Of a stretch of 64,000 nucleotides of DNA, positions 62,133 to 64,000 are shown in pieces. The position numbers were made by a program, and so were the translations under genes. Positions within the stretch are counted from its first letter, which is position 1, and every line of letters begins with the position of its first letter. The DNA lies in NCBI GenBank assembly GCA_040954595.2, contig CM082577.2, forward strand, positions 18,636,303-18,700,302. Direction: 5' to 3'. The DNA is from Balanoglossus misakiensis. Taxonomy: Eukaryota; Animalia; Hemichordata. Under the pieces are notes generated by a model, which saw only the letters and a list, made by a program, of their open reading frames with translations, searched no databases and had not been told where the DNA came from.

Positions 62133-64000
62133 AGGGGCACAAGCCTATCGGGCTTGTGCCCCTATTGGTATTGTTGGAATTTTTCTTTATTATTATTATT
62201 ATTATTATTATTCTTCTTCTTCCGAGAAATTCGGCCAGGTAGATCTGGAAAACCGCAGCACCTAGGGGGCTGAAACTTGGTAGGGTGGTAGGGGCCAATG
62301 AGTAGACGTGCAGTGGCTCGTGAATATTTAATAAGTCACGTGACCTGGCGGCCATATTGGATTTCCTGAAAATCGTTAAATGAGTCCTTCTCTAAAACCA
62401 CTGGGCCGATCGAGTTCAAATTTGGTGTGCAGGTAGCCTACCTTATGTCCATCATTTTACCCCATTAAAATCATGACGTCATACATAACGTTTTTTTGCT
62501 ACAATTGTTTTTCTGAAAAACTACTTAAAACTTTAAAAATCTTCTTCTCCAGAACCAGCGGTTACCGAGTCTCGGGATTTGGGATATGTGGTCACCTAAC
62601 CTATGTCTATCAAGTTTGCAAAGCGCACTGTGATTGGTCGATCATTATGGCGGCCATGTTGGATGTTCGGAAAACCATTGAAAAGTGATAATTCCGTTTT
62701 GTAGCCAAAATGTTGACAGCATGGAAATTCTTTTTTTGGATATGAGTCATCATATGACCGGAAGTTGTCACAATTTTTCGGGGCAATTTTTACATGACCT
62801 TTGACCCAGTTTTAAAACAACTAATTATATATGCATATTCCCCATACCTCCTCTTGTAAAAGCACCACAGTCATGAATTTTGTGGACATGGGTAACAATG
62901 CTGCCAGGACATGACACAAATATTTTGGTAATTTTGGCAATGACCCTTGACCTACTTCTGAAACATCATTTTTCTGCATATCTAATTCCAGGCTAACCAA
63001 TAGGGCTAGAGCTCTGGTTTTAGTTGGACATGGCCCACTCTGGGGTCAAAATTTTATGCCCAAATTTTGGGTGACCTTGGATGACCTTTGATCTACTTTC
63101 CCATATCTCAGCATCCACGGCAGTTAGAGTCCTGGCTTTTGGGGGGCGATGGAGCACATATGGAGTCTTACACAAGACCTCATTAATTATGCACATACCT
63201 AATTCTAGGTGAACCAATACAGCTAGGGGTCTGGTTTTTGTTGGGCCTATTTCCGATACATCATTTTACTGCATATCTAATTCCAAGCTAACCAATCGGG
63301 TTGGAGGTTTAGTTTTTGTTGGACATAGACCATTCTGGGGTAAAAAATTTAAGCCCAAATTTTGGCTGACCTCATGTGATGTTTGACCTACTTTCCCATA
63401 TCTCGGTATCCACAGCAGATACAGCCTTGGTATTCGCTGGTTACCTCAGGAGACTTTTGACCTTCTTTCCCATATCACAGCATCCAGAGCACATACAGCC
63501 TTGGCATTTGGGAGGGATTGAACACATAATGGAGTCTTACACCTGACCTCATTAATTAGCACATATCTAACTAAATAGTAGGTAGAGGTACGTTTTTTGC
63601 TGGACATGGACCAGTAAAATTTCGGGTGACCTTTGCTGACCTTTGACTTACTTTCACATATCTTGGCATCCACAGCAGATACAGCCTCGGCAATTGGAGG
63701 CATTGAACACCTAATGAAGTCTTACACTTTGACTCAAAAAATAAATCAGTTATTTTTTATTTTTCCTTTTCAGATTGTTTGGGTTGATTTGAATCAGGCT
63801 CCAGGCCCACAGAAAAATATATATAAATACATGACACCAATACACACAAAGCTTACAAGTACAATAATTACCGTAGTATAAAATATTCCTCCAGTGTCTA
63901 CACAGTAGACACTCTATATATGTACAGGCATAGATATTCTTAATATAGAGATTCTCAGAGGTGCATAGGACTAGGTGGATGCGCGAATGTGATGAATACA
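62132..64000 (-). mobile_element. 3' end of a longer family-C Helentron running off the window
   Basis: Same hairpin and body as 60872-62132. The internal repeats decay into unique AT-rich DNA without a closing terminus, as in the two large elements. Confidence 0.65.

Noticed and set aside
18449-63881. Numerous 60-150 aa ORFs in the non-autonomous units and antisense to RepHel, pol and YR
   Set aside because: They recur only because the DNA is repeated, vary by frameshifts between copies, and show no domain motifs.

Overview
Metazoan (probably marine invertebrate) repeat-dense genomic DNA with no recognisable host gene; organism cannot be fixed from the sequence. Almost the whole window is one same-orientation, nested cluster of Helentron (Helitron2-type) rolling-circle transposons. 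It holds two related large elements encoding an OTU-Rep(HUH)-PIF1 helicase-AP endonuclease protein: one intact (2488 aa, 45825-53291) and one split by a 3-kb TIR element. Around them are about 18 non-autonomous derivatives that appear to have inserted repeatedly just inside each other's 3' hairpins, giving stacks of hairpins followed by stacks of bodies in last-in-first-out order. Other insertions are a complete PAT-like (DIRS order) tyrosine-recombinase retrotransposon (31216-37319), a non-coding foldback transposon with inverted 69-bp arrays and a captured LTR-retrotransposon fragment, TTAA-type MITEs, a tRNA SINE and a short retroposed tail. The most striking observations are (i) the PAT-like element's gag, pol and YR ORFs each start at a phase-0 splice acceptor compatible with one shared leader exon, and (ii) the self-targeted Helentron nesting. 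All calls are from visual motif reading, with no database searches.
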